A stretch of DNA of 64,000 nucleotides from Octopus vulgaris (lineage: Eukaryota). The notes under the pieces are model-generated. The model was not told the DNA's origin, did no database searches, and worked only from the letters and a program-made list of their open reading frames with translations. Each line of letters starts with the position of its first letter. The first letter of the stretch is position 1. The DNA lies in NCBI GenBank assembly GCA_951406725.2, contig OX597830.1:73284001-73348000 (forward strand), in the 5' to 3' direction. Positions 1 through 13,002 of the stretch are shown in pieces. Both the position numbers and the translations under genes were made by a program.

Positions 1-444
1 CGTGGCACCGATTTGAAGGGATTTTTGAAGGGAATAAATCCACCCGCACAATGTTTGGTTATACTTCGGTCAATTATTATAGGAGAACTTCGCCCCAATC
101 GAGGCCTTTTATATGAAGTACGTATGCTGTAGTCTTGGCAGTGAATCACAATAATTGTAATTGAAGAGAAGACAAATTAACGTTACGTGCGTTTCGATGA
201 ACGACCGCGATTTATTTCATATTAGATCAAAAGAATTATGCAATTTTATGCAATACATTTACAGTTCATTTACTTCTTTAGACATTATATTTTAAATCAC
301 AATCAACGGATCTCAGGCACATTCATACAGGGTCACTCACGCCATGTTTTTCACTGGTTAATATTTCTGACATCATGCTGTACAATGACTTAATTGTAGA
401 TACTCCGACATCTCTCCTTTCTTCCTTCCACCTCTCTCTTTGTC

Positions 445-500
<56 letters not shown>

Positions 501-1189
501 ACACACACACACAAACACACATATATTCAAATATACATATATACTTATATATACATAGATGCCGAGGCCTTCGTCCTGCAGATGATTAAACTGGGGTAAT
601 TCAATCCAATTAAATGTGTGTCGTGTGAGTGCATGTGTATGTGTGCTTATGCGTGTGTGTGTGTGTGTGTGTGTTTGTGTGTGTGCACGCACGCGTGTGT
701 GTATACGTATAGATATACACACACATTTATCACATACACACATTTATCACACACACATAACGCCGACATGTTATTATATATCATTTTGATTGTATACACA
801 AATGTGTGCCTGATGTTTCTCTTACACACATACACACACCCACGCACAATCACAGACATATAAATGCACACAAACACACACACACATAAACCCATAAACA
901 CATACACATATTTAACGCAACCAGAAAGAAATATACGATAAAAAAATGATAAAAAAAAACGAAAGCGAAAGCGAAAGCGAAAAAAATGTTTCTAGTTGTG
1001 ATTAGTGCATAGTGATGTGGATAGTTTTAATTGAAAATGCTCAACCTTTACCATATCGGGAAACCTGAGATCGTGAGTTCTTATCTGGCTAAGATCTGTT
1101 TAATCAGATGAATAACGAACAACTCATTTCATCCGCTTGATCTGCTGTTCACTCAATTAATATTGCAAACCAATAGGGCCATTTTAACA

Positions 1190-1484
1190 GTGTGTGACCG
1201 TGTGTGTGTGTGCGTGTGTGTCCCCGTGTGTCCGTCCGTATGTGTGTGTCCGCTTGTGTGTGTGTGTGTGTGTGTGTCCATGTGTGTGTGTGCGTGTGTG
1301 TGTCTCCGTATGTGTGTGTCCGTGTGTGTGTGTGTGTGTCCATGTGTGTGTGTGTGTGTGTGTGTGTCTATGTGTGTGTGTGTCCGTCCGTGTGTGTGTG
1401 TGTGTGTGCGTGTGTGTGTCTCCGTATGTGTGTGTGTCCGTCCGTGTGTGTGCGTGTGTGTGTGTCCATGTGTGTGTCCGTCCG

Positions 1485-1519
<35 letters not shown>

Positions 1520-1780
1520 ATGTGTGTGTGTGTGTGTGTCTATGTGTGTGTGTGTCCGTCCGTGTGTGTGTGTGTGCGTGTGTGTGTGTCCGCGTGTGTG
1601 TATGTCCGCGTGTGTGTGTCCGTGTGTCCATGTGTGTGTGTGTGTGTCTATGTGTGTGTGTGTCCGTCCGTGTGTGTGTGTCCGCGCGCGTGTGTGTGTG
1701 TCCGTGTGTGTGTGTGTACGTGTGTGTGTGTCCGTGTGTGTGTGTGTGTGTGTGCGTGTGTGTGTGTGTATGTGCGAGTG
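1190..1780. repeat. Complex (TG)n-based cryptic satellite with recurrent TCCG/TCCA/TCTA interruptions
   Basis: About 590 bp of TG dinucleotides punctuated by tccg, tcca and tcta; blocks such as ccatgtg...tctatgtg...tccgtccgtg recur near 1340, 1518 and 1628. Explains all CV/HT-rich ORFs here. Confidence 0.9.
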
Positions 1781-2027
1781 CGTCAGTGATTGCGTAAATC
1801 TCAGACTGTGCATGGTTTGCTAGAAATGTGGTAATGTATATATGTATGCGTATAAGCACGTATCCATGTATGTGTGTATATGCGTAATGTATAAGGAAAT
1901 ACACACACACCACACACACACACACACACACATATACACATATACATATATTCACGCACATACAGGCATACACATATATAAACATATGCATATGTTCACA
2001 CACACACACACAGAACACATATTCACT

Positions 2028-2439
2028 TATTCTTTTACTTGTTTCAGTCATTTGACTGCGGCCATGCTGGAACACCGCCTTTAGTCGAGCAAATCGACCC
2101 CGGGACTTATTCTTTGTAAGCCCAGTACTTATTCTATCGGTCCATTTTGCCAAACCGCTAGGTGACGGGGACGTAAACACACCAGCATCGGTTGTCAAGC
2201 AATGCTAGGGGGACAAACACAGACACACAAACACACATACATACATACATACATATATATATACATACATATATACGACAGGCTTCTTTCACTTTCCGTC
2301 TACTAAATCCACTCACGATTACGACAGCGATTACTCGGGGCTATAGCAGAAGACACTTGCCTAAGATGCCACGCAGTGGGACTGAACCCGGAACCATTTG
2401 GTTGGTTAGCAAGCTACTCACCACACAGCCACTCCTGCG

Positions 2440-2441
<2 letters not shown>
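2028..2441 (-). mobile_element. tRNA-derived SINE, family A, full length
   Basis: Minus strand reads GGCGCAGGAGTGGCTGTGTGG (A-box-like)...GGTTCAGTCCC (B-box-like), then an internal microsatellite and a 3' tail ending TGAAACAAGTAAAAGA. More than 15 homologous copies occur in the window. Confidence 0.9.
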
Positions 2442-2495
<54 letters not shown>

Positions 2496-2499
2496 AACA

Positions 2500-2690
2500 C
2501 GCATTCAAGTGTTTCCTCACAGGCAGACCCCATCAGGTTGTAGTCGATGGAGTAAAATCAAGCCCACCCAAAGTCAGTAGTCGTGTCCCTCAAGGCACTT
2601 TGTTGGGCCCACTTCTTTTCACCATCTACATCAATGGCATTACAGACATCACCAAGCACAGTAACATAAGAATCTTTGCAGATGATTCCA
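2500..2690 (+). mobile_element. Non-LTR retrotransposon reverse transcriptase fragment (CR1/L2/Jockey-like)
   Basis: Translation FLTGRPHQVVVDGVKSSPPKVSSRVPQGTLLGPLLFTIYINGITDITKHSNIRIFADDS contains the (G)VPQGxxLGPxLF and (Y/F)ADD RT motifs; truncated on both sides. Confidence 0.9.
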
Positions 2691-2692
2691 GG

Positions 2693-3014
2693 TGGGTTTT
2701 ACATATTTTTTTTATTTGTGCGTCTTAGACTTACAGCTGCTTGTTATATACGTTATCGGTGCGATCATTGTTCTGTTTACTCAATGAGGTGATTCCTCGA
2801 TTGAAAATATTGATCGACCTTAACAATACTCTTATCTTCGGAGTCCGTACACTTGTTCGTGTACGCCGAAGAGGTTAGTATTTGCTAAGTTCATTCAATT
2901 CTTTCAGTCGATTAATCGACCAATTGAATAACCGGAACTATAAACGCACCTATAATGAACATCAGAAACAGCTGTAAGGCTGAGATGCAAAAGTAAAAAA
3001 ATATATATAACCCA
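2693..3014. mobile_element. Long imperfect palindrome / foldback (MITE-like) element
   Basis: Nested complementary pairs: tgggtt(2693)/aaccca(3009), cttacagctg(2730)/cagctgtaag(2969), ggtgcg/cgcacc and tcttcgg/ccgaaga, around the centre cgtacac-ttgttc-gtgtacg (2846-2865). Confidence 0.7.
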
Positions 3015-3389
3015 TTAATTATGCTTTTTCTTTTATGCTACTCTGTAAGAACTACTATATTAAATAGGAAATGTAACCATGGATTTACAAAGTCGATTAG
3101 TGATGGACTCCAACTTGGGATTTTGCCTTATTGTTATCGTGAGTTCTACACCAATTTGGAAAAATTGTTAGCTTGGTGTATATGTTTTAACAGGGAGCTT
3201 GAGAAGTATTCTGCGGAGATTGATAATCCTTTGTTAATGACTTTTTATATATGTTTATGTATATATGCACTCACACATATGTTTGTGTTTGTGTTTCTAT
3301 ATATGTATATATGCATACGCACACACACACACACACACACATACACACATACATACATACATACATACATACATACATACATACATACA

Positions 3390-3425
<36 letters not shown>

Positions 3426-3554
3426 TAGGAAAGAAGTTTTTTTTCCCACTGTAATATTGTGTATAGTGTTAGTGTGGTTACTAAACACAAAGTCTGAAAT
3501 GTGCTGATATCTTGATGCAAGGACAAGTTGGGACAAGAAAAACTCATTCATACA

Positions 3555-3622
<68 letters not shown>

Positions 3623-3719
3623 CATATGACGGACTCTACTGTCAAAGTGGACGTCTGAATGTAATGTTCAGTTTTTTTTCCCGAATGACCTGCACAGATG
3701 ATTTATTTATAATGATCAA

Positions 3720-3920
3720 TATGTATGTGCTGTTCATTAGCTCACAGTCTCCATGAAATGGACGTTGTCTGAACAGGTGCACGGTGTACCAGCGCGTTAC
3801 CTGCCGAAGTGATCGCAGAGCGACGTGAGATGATGTGTTTTTGCACAAGAACAAAACGCACCACACAGTCTGGGAATTGAAACTACGATCTCGCGATCCT
3901 GCGGTGCAACATTCTAACCA

Positions 3921-3922
<2 letters not shown>
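3720..3922 (-). mobile_element. Degenerate tRNA-derived SINE (additional family)
   Basis: Minus strand tggttagaatgttgcaccgcaggatcgcgagatcgtagtttcaattcccagac resembles the tRNA head of family C/D (12257, 39990). Confidence 0.5.
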
Positions 3923-4003
<81 letters not shown>

Positions 4004-4014
4004 TGTATCCGTAT

Positions 4015-4210
4015 TGTTGTTTAGCCTAGACCGTGCTCAGCGTGATTTATATTGGTATTGATCCCGGAACGTGAACGTTTTAACAATGCAGCTATGGTGT
4101 CATTTTCGATAATGAAGCTTAAATGAATAAATTGGATGGCCACGTCTGGCATGCATTTGTTTATAGCTGGTCATTTAGTCAGAGCTAATTTCTGGATAAA
4201 CAAAAAACAA
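4015..4210. mobile_element. Degenerate TIR-bounded repeat (MITE-like)
   Basis: Ends ttgtttagcctaga.../...tctggataaacaa are inverted; related degenerate pieces appear at about 46560-46870 and 61270-61345. Confidence 0.35.
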
Positions 4211-5502
4211 CGGCACTAACACCCACTGCACATGCCCCGGTACATAGTATGCATTCCTTTATTATATCTTTTATGCACCCGCCTTCACTGTTGCTGCTGC
4301 TGCTGCCAATGTCACTGCTACTACTACTACTGATGCAACAGCAGCATCAGCAGCCCATGTTTGTGTTTACTGCCATGGCTGCTGCTGCTGCTGCTGTTCT
4401 GTGTATATGAAGAAGCTAGTTAGTGTTTTGCTTATATTTAAGAAATGTTATGATAGATGTCACCATTGTTATTATAGTCTTGTTTTTGCTGTTTTCTTTG
4501 TTCTCCTTTTTTTGTCTTTTAGATCTTTTCTGTCTCCGCCATCACCACCACTAAAACCGCCCCCCCCCAAAAAAAAAGTCCAAATAAAAACAGCCTCCAC
4601 AAACAGCAAATAAACGTTATCCTTACAGCCATTAACAACCATTCACCATTATCATCTCTTTGTTTCTTATCTGTTTTTCTCAACCTTTTTTTTAAAATCC
4701 CTCCTTTGAGTTACTTCCCTTAGCGCGATAAAAAAACGTAGGTAGGAACGTTCTATTGTATTATTTATCACAAGACTAAGCTCATTGCTAACATAGGCCA
4801 GGAGACCGACAGAACGAGTAGGGAGAGGACGAACGTTAGACATTACAACTAGTTTGGTACTTATTATATTGACCCCAGGATCATTTGAATGCGTGGTAGT
4901 CGCTTTGATTGCTGTCGTAATCGTTGTCGCCGTCCTCATCGTAAACGTTAGTAAAGTCGTTATGACCCTGTTTCTCATCGGTTTTTAGGTTTCTTCGTTG
5001 TTGTTGGTTTCGCAGGTGCCGCTTCTATCTCAGTGTTGGTCGTGGTAGTTGTGCTTGATGACAGCGATGGTGACGGTGGTTGTTGATGTTTGTGATGGTG
5101 ATGTTGGTGGTAATGTTCGTCGTTGCAATTATGGATTCGGTGGTGGTGGCGGTGGTTGTATTGACTGTGGTGGTCAGCACCACAACCAACAATACCACGT
5201 TCATCACCATCATCACCATCGTCTTTCTCCCTTTCTATCTCCAACTCTCCTCCACCCCACCTCCTCTTCTCCACCCCACCTCCTCTTCTCCATCCGACCA
5301 CTTCTCCTCCGCATTATCATTATCCTCGTCCTCATCATCATCATCATCATTATCATTATCATTATCATCATCACCCGTATCGCTATCAACAATACATTTT
5401 TTTTCTCTACTCTGGTTTTCTTCTATATCTGCTAGCTAATAGCTGGAGAAAGACTGAAAGATTGAGGGAGAGCGTGAGAGAGACAGAGAAATAAAGATAG
5501 AG

Positions 5503-5539
<37 letters not shown>

Positions 5540-6252
5540 AGAATGGTAGTTTGAGAGATAAGGCGGCCACAGTCGGAGCAAATGTAAACAAACTATTTAG
5601 AACGGTGCTGACAGACTACAGTAGGCTTTATTTTTTTTATTCTGCTTTATGTTACTGTTTCTGAGTAAACAAAACACATGATACATAAAAAACTACTGTG
5701 GTCTCACTGTAGTAGTAGTATTAGTAGTAGTAGTGCTGGTGATGGTGGTGGTGGTGGCGGTACGGTGTAGTGTGTATCTGTGTGTGTGGTGTGCTAGGGT
5801 GGTACTGAGTATTAATAGTGTGGGGGTGCGGTGTGATGTCGTTAGTGTAACTTCATGACAGGTGTTGTGTAGTTCGCACCAGATAATAAACGTAGTGTGA
5901 GCAAATATGTGCTACGCCCGTGTGAGGGTTAGCTCTTAGTAGAATCACTGGTCATAAAGAAGCAGGTTCGATTCCCCTATAGGTGTCAATTAGAGAAAAA
6001 AATTTTTTTTTCCTTTTTTTCTATGATAGCTTTTTAATGGTCTTAAGAAAAGCATTGTCGGTGAAAATCCCGCGAATGAACAGTGAAGCTTTGTTTGAGT
6101 TTTATTTCGAAGCTTACTCGGGACTACGGAATACTCAACTATCTAGACACTAAAACAATAACTAGGTGTTGCAGATGACACCAGGTATCCCGAACTGTGG
6201 TAGTGCTTTACTCAGCACATCAACACTAATTGACATATGACCATTAATCATT

Positions 6253-6297
<45 letters not shown>

Positions 6298-6369
6298 GCG
6301 CGCGTGTCTGTGTGTGTGTGTGTGAGTGTGCGTACGCGCGCGTGTGCGCGTTTGTATATATATATAGAT

Positions 6370-6400
<31 letters not shown>

Positions 6401-6442
6401 AAAACACACACACACGTGCGCACCCCCCACACACACAAACAC

Positions 6443-6475
<33 letters not shown>

Positions 6476-6878
6476 CATATATATATATATGTGTGTGTGT
6501 GTGTATATAGTACATATACGCAAAAAATTTGCCCCATCCGAGCGCCTGTAAAACTTCTAAGACAAACCTACACATGCATATATATAGAGAGATAAACAGA
6601 TATACATAAACGCATACAGGCATTTATATATATAGATACACACACGCATCCGCTTCTACATATATCTTGTATTGATACCAATACAACAAAATATGTCATC
6701 TAGATCATTAAAATTTCATTATTCCTCAATTATTTAGTGTTACGATAAATCATCTCACAACAAGAACATAAACCGTGATATATTTATCGTACGTACTATA
6801 CATTATGTTTCTGCGCGCGCGTGCGGGCGTGCTTGAGTGTGTGTGTGTGAGCTTGATTGTTTTGTGTGAATGTGTGGC

Positions 6879-6946
<68 letters not shown>

Positions 6947-7313
6947 TTGGGTTTTCTGCATCAATATGTGTGCGTATGTCTATGTCAAAGTATGTCGGTG
7001 GCTGTGTGTGTGTTTGTATGCTTGCTATATATGTAGATATACATATTATATACATCCATATATATATAGATGTATGTAGATATATATGTACATATATATA
7101 TATACATATATATGTATATACACACACATATATATATATGTGTGTGTGTGTATACATATGTATATGTATATATATAATATGTATGTATATATATATATGT
7201 ATATATATATATATAATATGTATGTATATATACATATATATATATATATGTATATATATATCTACATATATCTATATATATTGGGATATATATGTATATA
7301 ATATGTATATCTA

Positions 7314-7350
<37 letters not shown>

Positions 7351-8211
7351 GTGTGTGTGTAATATGCATACCTATATTATATATATATATATTTATATAC
7401 ATATGTACACGCACACACTCATAAACACACACGCACATACATGACATCATAAAGCGGAATGGTGAATAAGTCTTCAAAATTTATTACGGTATTATCCTCA
7501 TTAAAGTCACATAATATGTGTGTGTGTGTGTGTGTGTGCGCGCGCACATACAGACAAACACGCACGCACGCACACACACAGCACACATATATGAGGATCA
7601 ATGACTTGGTTACTGCTTCTCACGGACGCTGATTGTAGATATTTGATCGATCCTTTTTATCAGAACGAATGCGTTTTTGCAGCTTGGTAGATATTTCTTA
7701 ATCGTTCTTTAATCCCAGAGTTCCATTTTGTGTGGAGCAACATGAAACGAGAGACAATGAATCGAGGTGACATGTGCAGAGATATCTACACATGTCCCAT
7801 ACCCACATGTGCATAACGATTGTGTGTATGTGTTTGCGCGTATTTGTATGTGGAGGCACATGTATACATAAACACATACACATACTTATATACACGCATA
7901 CACACAGAGAATCTATACGAATGGAAATAGATATATTGATGTATAATATGTGTAAAATACATTAGGTAACTATCTATAAAATACATTATTTATGGTATAT
8001 ATTATATAAATAATCGGCAGAGATTATCGATTCGTTGAGAGTCACAGACTTTTATGCGCTGTCACTTGTCTAAATTCCACGAGAGTCGACTGTCGAGGAG
8101 GCCATATTATAAATATACTATATTGGGCTCTATCATACTGCTTGCCCCACGAAACCTGAAGCATTGTACACGTATAAACATGCACACAACATGTATGTTT
8201 ATATGTAGAGA

Positions 8212-8410
8212 GAGTTTACGAAAAAAAACAACAACAAAAGACGAAGACAGGTGGTGTACAAAACAAACAGATGTATTAGTATAACGCTCAGGAATAGAAA
8301 AAGTCTTTTACGTTTCGAGCCTACTCTCTTCTACGGAAAGGGACACAGAAAAAACAAGGAGAGAAACAAGGAGAGAACAAAATGTGTGTAGTGGCTAACG
8401 ATCTATCATA
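8212..8410 (-). mobile_element. Short dispersed element with degenerate minimal hammerhead (PLE pLTR-like)
   Basis: Homologous to 39345-39515, 40400-40575 and 43091-43310; minus-strand motif ctttCCGTAGAaGAGAgtagGCTCGAAACGTAaaag at 8305-8340. Confidence 0.65.
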
Positions 8411-8460
8411 AGTGTATGCATACATGTATATGTGTGTGTGTGTGTATGCGTGTGTATGTA

Positions 8461-8872
8461 ACTGTGTGGTAAGAAGCTTGCTTCCCAACCACATGATTCC
8501 GGGATCAGTCCAATCCCGTGGAATAGCATTGGGCCGACCGACACTTGTGAGTGGATTTAATAGGTGGAAATCGAAAGAGGCTCGTCGTATACATACATAT
8601 ATATATATAATGAAAAAGAAGGCTTTGTATTTATAGGTGTGTCTATCAGTGTTTCCCCACTACAGCCCATACCCGCCATCCATTGACAGCCGATGCTGGT
8701 GTGCTTATGTCCTCGTAACATTAGCGGTTCAGCAAAAATACACCGATAGAATAAGTAATAGGCTCACAAAGAATAAGTCCTGCGGTCGATTTTTTCAACT
8801 AACAACACAATTTAATGCGGTGCTCCAGCGTGGCCTCAGTCAAATGATTGAAACAAGTAAAAGTGTAAAAGA

Positions 8873-8875
<3 letters not shown>
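8461..8875 (+). mobile_element. SINE family A, diverged copy
   Basis: Head ctgtgtggtaagaagcttgc...; tail caaatgattgaaacaagtaaaag; aligns with 37016-37436. Confidence 0.85.
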
Positions 8876-8912
<37 letters not shown>

Positions 8913-9295
8913 CAAATATACTCTCTTTTACACTTTACACTATATATATATATATATAGTCATGGTGAACGAAATCAATACTGCGATATCAGTTGTTCCT
9001 TTGATATAAACACTAAACATCGCTGTAAAGCAGTCTTTATTTATCTAGAGACATTACGTGTGGTGAGCAGTTGTGCTGGTTCGCGATTACGTATTTGCGT
9101 TTGGCGAACGCTTTGATACAGTTTATTAACGACATAAGTGGCTTTCCGTATTTTTGTGTGCGTGTGTGTATGTGTGTTGATGTGTGTGCTTTCGCGCGTA
9201 CGTGTCAGTGTGTGCGTCAGTTGCATCCATTATGTAATGTCTGTCTATAAAGGGACAACATGCGAAATAAAACTGATCATTAATATGTAAGTATT

Positions 9296-9974
9296 AGGAG
9301 TGGCTGTGTGGTAAGTAGCTTGCTAACCAACCACATGGTTCTGGGTTCAGCCCCACTGCGTGGCATCTTGGGCAAGTGTCTTCTGCTATAGCCCCGGGCC
9401 GACCAATGCCTTGTGAGTGGATTTGGTAGACGGAAACTGAAAGAAGCCTGTCGTATATCTATATATATAAAACTGTAGTTGTGTGAGTGTCTGTCCCCTT
9501 CGATTTAGATTCCTAACTACTCCCACATTTTGCGGTGCAGTTTAACCAAATTCGGGTATCTTATAGTCGTGATGCATAACGAGCGCGTCTGGGTATTAGC
9601 GCGCGACTACGATGAGTCTACGATTTTAAAAATAATTTAACATCATTTTTTATTCCATTTTAATGCACATTTTTTCGTGTGTCGATGGCGGCGGAGTTGG
9701 CGTCCATGCTCACACCTGCACCTGTTTGCTTCTCCCCCTTCTTCCCTCCCTCGTGAAGCTGTGGGGAAGGGAGTGTAAGGAAATCAACGTCGTAAAGCGT
9801 TGTCAAGGAGACCAGCGTTCTTTTAGAACAACGACTTCATGGCTTGAAGACACCAAAACAGAAATGGCTAAGAAAGCCCGAATTGGCATCCATAAGGGAA
9901 GTAACTCTCTAAAAATGCTTATATAGTTATTTCCTTTACAAACCCGAGCAACGCCGGGCGATACTGCTAGTATG

Positions 9975-10027
<53 letters not shown>

Positions 10028-10230
10028 TTGTATGTGTTTGTCCCCTTAACATTACTTTGTGTTTACGTCCCCGTCACTTAGCGGTTCGGCAAAAGAGACC
10101 GATAGAATAAGTACTAGGCTTACAAAGAATAAGTCCCGGGGTCGATTTGCTCGATTAAAGGCGGTGCTCCAGCATGGCCGCAGTCAAATGACTGAAACAA
10201 GTAAAAGAAAAAAAAAGAGTGTAAAAGAGA
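9296..10230 (+). mobile_element. SINE family A interrupted by a Helitron
   Basis: 5' half at 9296-9457 and 3' half at about 10020-10230, separated by the Helitron and the internal microsatellite. Confidence 0.9.
9458..9970 (+). mobile_element. Non-autonomous Helitron (513 bp)
   Basis: Starts A|TCTATATATATAAA and ends CTAG|T, has a subterminal hairpin cccgagcaacgccggg (9943-9958), no TSD, and is inserted in an AT dinucleotide; these are the canonical Helitron hallmarks. Confidence 0.88.
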
Positions 10231-10645
10231 ATATATATTTACATATATATACAAAAACAGATCCAGCCTCACGCACACATATAAAAGGGAGCATGCACAT
10301 ATGCAAGCCAATATACGTATTGATCTATCTATTTGATCTATCTAACTATTACATTTTTCTTTCTCTCTCTCCTTATATATAAACACCACACAAACATAAA
10401 CACTACACACACACATATACACTACACATACACACATAAGCACCACACACAGAAATACACACGCACACACACTTATAGATATATGTTTACACACACGCAC
10501 ATACACCTAGATATTTTTTCTCCGCGAAGGCGCCTTCATGTGTGTGCGTATGTACGTACCTATATATGTATATATCTATATGATTGTTTGCATATGTATT
10601 GCTGTGCGGCGTGGTGTATGAGGATCTGTGCGACATATGTGTGTC

Positions 10646-10708
<63 letters not shown>

Positions 10709-10864
10709 TTGCTTGTCTATGTCTGTACGATTCAGAGGTCAGCTAAGCTTTACAGTTCAACTTTTATTGTATATTTTTGATAAGCTCTTTGTTTTTATGA
10801 TGTGAGGTTGAATGCACCCCACACCCCACACACACACTCTCTCTCCTTCTCTCTCCCTCTATCT

Positions 10865-10905
<41 letters not shown>

Positions 10906-11354
10906 TCTCTTCCATTCTCTCTTTCAGGGTTCCTAGATTTTAGCCCAATCTAATAGTAAATATATTCAGTCAATATTCACAATACTAAAAGTATCACAAC
11001 ATAGAAGTAATCCTGTCCACTTCTTCAGGCGAATATCAGCTGGCTGGTTCAGAAGGGGAAACTGGCATTATTAGTGGCATGGTGTTAAAGCAGATATATT
11101 CGAATTCGAATCCCAGGCCTGCGGACACAAATTGCGGTTAGATACGGAGAAATGAATGATTGGATAAAATGGAGATTGTGCTGAAGAAGAACAAGCTATT
11201 GCGGGAAGAATGGGAGAGTGTTAGTTAAATATTATAGAAAGAAAACACATACAAAAATGTCGTTAGCTGTATAATAGGAACGTTATAGTTACTTCCGACT
11301 CTGTTTAACGCATTTGTGCATGAGTGGTATGAAAAAATATACATGTTTATACAT

Positions 11355-11416
<62 letters not shown>

Positions 11417-11431
11417 ACATACACACACATT

Positions 11432-11483
<52 letters not shown>

Positions 11484-11486
<3 letters not shown>

Positions 11487-11710
11487 TTACTACCCACAAG
11501 GAGCTAAACACAGAGGAGACAAACAAGGACAGACAAAGGGATTAAGTCGATTACATCGACCCCAGTGCGTAACTGGTACTTAATTTATCGACCCCGGAAG
11601 GATGAAAGGCAAAGTCGACCTCGGCGGAATTTGAACTCGGAACGTAACGGCAGACGAAATACGGCAACGCATTTCGCCCGGCGTGCTAACGTTTCTGCCA
11701 GCTCGCCGCC
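11484..11710 (-). mobile_element. tRNA-derived SINE, family B (Meta/Deu-like central domain)
   Basis: Minus strand GGCGGCGAGCTGGCAGAAACGTTAG...GAGTTCAAATTCCGCCGAGGTCGACTTTGCCTTTCATCCTTCCGGGGTCGATAAATTAAGTACCAG; the GCCTTTCATCC...AGTACCAG block resembles a conserved SINE central domain (domain name from memory). Confidence 0.85.
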
Positions 11711-11744
11711 TATATATAGTAAACTCCCCCCCCCAAAAAAAAAA

Positions 11745-11825
11745 CGGACACAAAAATACAACAGCACGAGGACGTGGTACATGCAATGTATTATCAGACG
11801 CTCTTCGGAAACATAGGAAAGACGT
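11745..11825 (-). mobile_element. Internally deleted copy of the hammerhead-bearing short element
   Basis: aacagcacgaggacgtgg...acgctc fused to ttcggaaacatagg; matches both ends of 43091-43310 with the ribozyme middle deleted. Confidence 0.55.
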
Positions 11826-11829
11826 GTGC

Positions 11830-11872
<43 letters not shown>

Positions 11873-12256
11873 TGTGTGTGTGTATCTCTATATATGTATA
11901 TGTATTTATAAAATACATATACATTCATTAGTGTTCCTGTTACTAATTGTGATTCCACTTATATGTGATTTATTCAGAAACGTTTGTGCTGAAAAAAATA
12001 ATTGTCAGCCACCTACTCCCACACACGCATATGTATACACGTAACACCTTCACAGAAACAAAGAAAACACACACACACACACACACACACAATTACATGC
12101 TATTGGTTTAGGTCATTGGATTGTGTTCATGAATGTACATCACTTGGCAGGTTTCCCTATTTCTGTCGGTAAATTATTTTATTGATCTCTATTTCGCGGA
12201 TGGCAGTGGTATGTTGGGACATAAGACAACGTAATTCGACTCACCTTATCGTAACT

Positions 12257-12626
12257 GTGGAGGCGCAATGGCCCAGTGGTTAGGGCAGCGGACTCGCGGT
12301 CGTAGGATCGCGGTTTCGATGTGAGTGTTTATTGAGCGAAAACACCTAAAAGCTCCACGAGGCTCCGGCAGGGGGTGGTGGTGATCCCTGCTGTACTCTT
12401 TCACCACAACTTTCTCTCACTCTTACTTCCTGTTTCTGTTGTACCTGTATTTCAAAGGGCCGGCCTTGTCACTCTCTGTGTCACGCTGAATATCCCCGGG
12501 AACTACGTTAAGGGTGCACGTGTCTGTGGAGTGCTCAGCCACTTGCACGTTAATTCCACGAGCAGGCTGTTCCGTTGATTCGGATCAACTGGAACCCTCG
12601 TCGTCGGAACCGACGGAGTGCTTCCA
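12257..12626 (+). mobile_element. tRNA-derived SINE, family C (possibly octopus OR1-like)
   Basis: Head GGCGCAATGGCCCAGTGGTTAGGGCAGCGGACTCGCGG...GGTTTCGAT; the 3' region (tgtgtcacgctgaat...gtcgtcggaaccgacggagtgc) is shared with family D at 39662-39992. Confidence 0.8.
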
Positions 12627-13002
12627 TATCGTAACTACATAAACGTACACACGAGCACATACTCCCACATAAACACACCGACACATGCACACACATCTTT
12701 TAATGCATGTATGTTTGTGTCTGGCTATGACTATGTCACTGCTCAGGTCTTTAACAAAGATACAAGTGCTACTGAATACTTATTGGAATGTACATAAGAC
12801 TGAGAAAGAAAAAAAGATAGAAAGACAGGAACAAAGAACCATATCGATGAAACTTCAGAAGAAATATAACCCATTTTAAAAAATACACACGACACACTTA
12901 CATAAGACAGTGCATTTTCTTGGTAGGTTAACCACTAGTACCTTAATTACCACAAAATTTATATGAAACTAATTTTGCCTTGAGTAATCTATACTATCAT
13001 CT

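Noticed and set aside
336-390. Micro-exon on the minus strand (tacAG...ggc|GTGAGT)
   Set aside because: Good donor but weak polypyrimidine tract and no recognisable peptide; such matches are expected by chance.
12260-12325. Functional tRNA genes (also 5925-5985, 37016-37090, 39920-39992)
   Set aside because: A/B boxes are present but continue into SINE bodies, with no complete cloverleaf or oligo-T terminator.
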